Source: a virus (Duplodnaviria > Caudoviricetes). Taken from it: DNA of 64,000 bases. The position numbers were made by a program, and so were the translations under genes. The notes below the pieces were generated by a model. That model was not told the origin of the DNA and searched no databases. It saw nothing but the letters and a program-made list of their open reading frames with translations. Where the stretch lies: the IMG/VR virus record IMGVR_UViG_3300034061_004620, one strand, 5' to 3'. Shown one piece after another: positions 63,883 through 64,000 of the stretch (position 1 is its first letter; every line of letters begins with the position of its first letter).

Positions 63883-64000
63883 ATGAAAAAATTATTAGCA
63901 ATTCTATTATTAGCACCTACTCTTGCACTTGCTCAAAAACAACCACAAGGTGTTATGTATGATGCACAAATTGTGAGAGTAAACGATGGCGACACAGTAG
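63883..64000 (+). CDS. 5' part of a signal-peptide-bearing SNase/thermonuclease-like protein
   Basis: MKKLLAILLLAPTLALA-QKQ...IVRVNDGDTV, with an AAGGA RBS. Truncated by the window edge. Confidence 0.6.
   Translation, partial: MKKLLAILLLAPTLALAQKQPQGVMYDAQIVRVNDGDTV

Noticed and set aside
1-64000. Stop-codon reassignment
   Set aside because: Conserved genes (gp46, gp47, gp20, gp23, gp18) are full length under the standard code, and all three stops are used as ends.

Overview
This is a 64-kb segment of a large T4-like (myovirus) dsDNA phage genome in the standard genetic code. It carries baseplate genes, a gp55-type late sigma factor, the gp47/gp46 recombination nuclease, the head module (portal gp20, core proteins, protease gp21, scaffold gp22, major capsid gp23) and a ~16-kb block of ten fibre/adhesin genes. 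It also carries neck genes gp13/14/15, dNMP kinase, tail sheath and tube, head-completion gp4, a putative small terminase and a ~11-kb block of probable capsid-packaged internal proteins. The least explained elements are: (1) a ~350-400-nt densely base-paired non-coding region directly behind a minimal GIY-YIG nuclease gene; (2) three radical-SAM genes and an SDR interleaved with gp47/gp46; (3) a candidate -1 frameshift fusing the gp26-like hub gene to the next ORF; (4) internal proteins that look like protease-processed polyproteins sharing a scaffold-like 'LAGL' motif; (5) exact TAAATA-N5-ATG leaderless late transcripts; (6) a small structured 5' leader at 21621. I found no tRNA, CRISPR array, reverse transcriptase or integrase. 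All family assignments are motif recognition by eye, with no database searches run.
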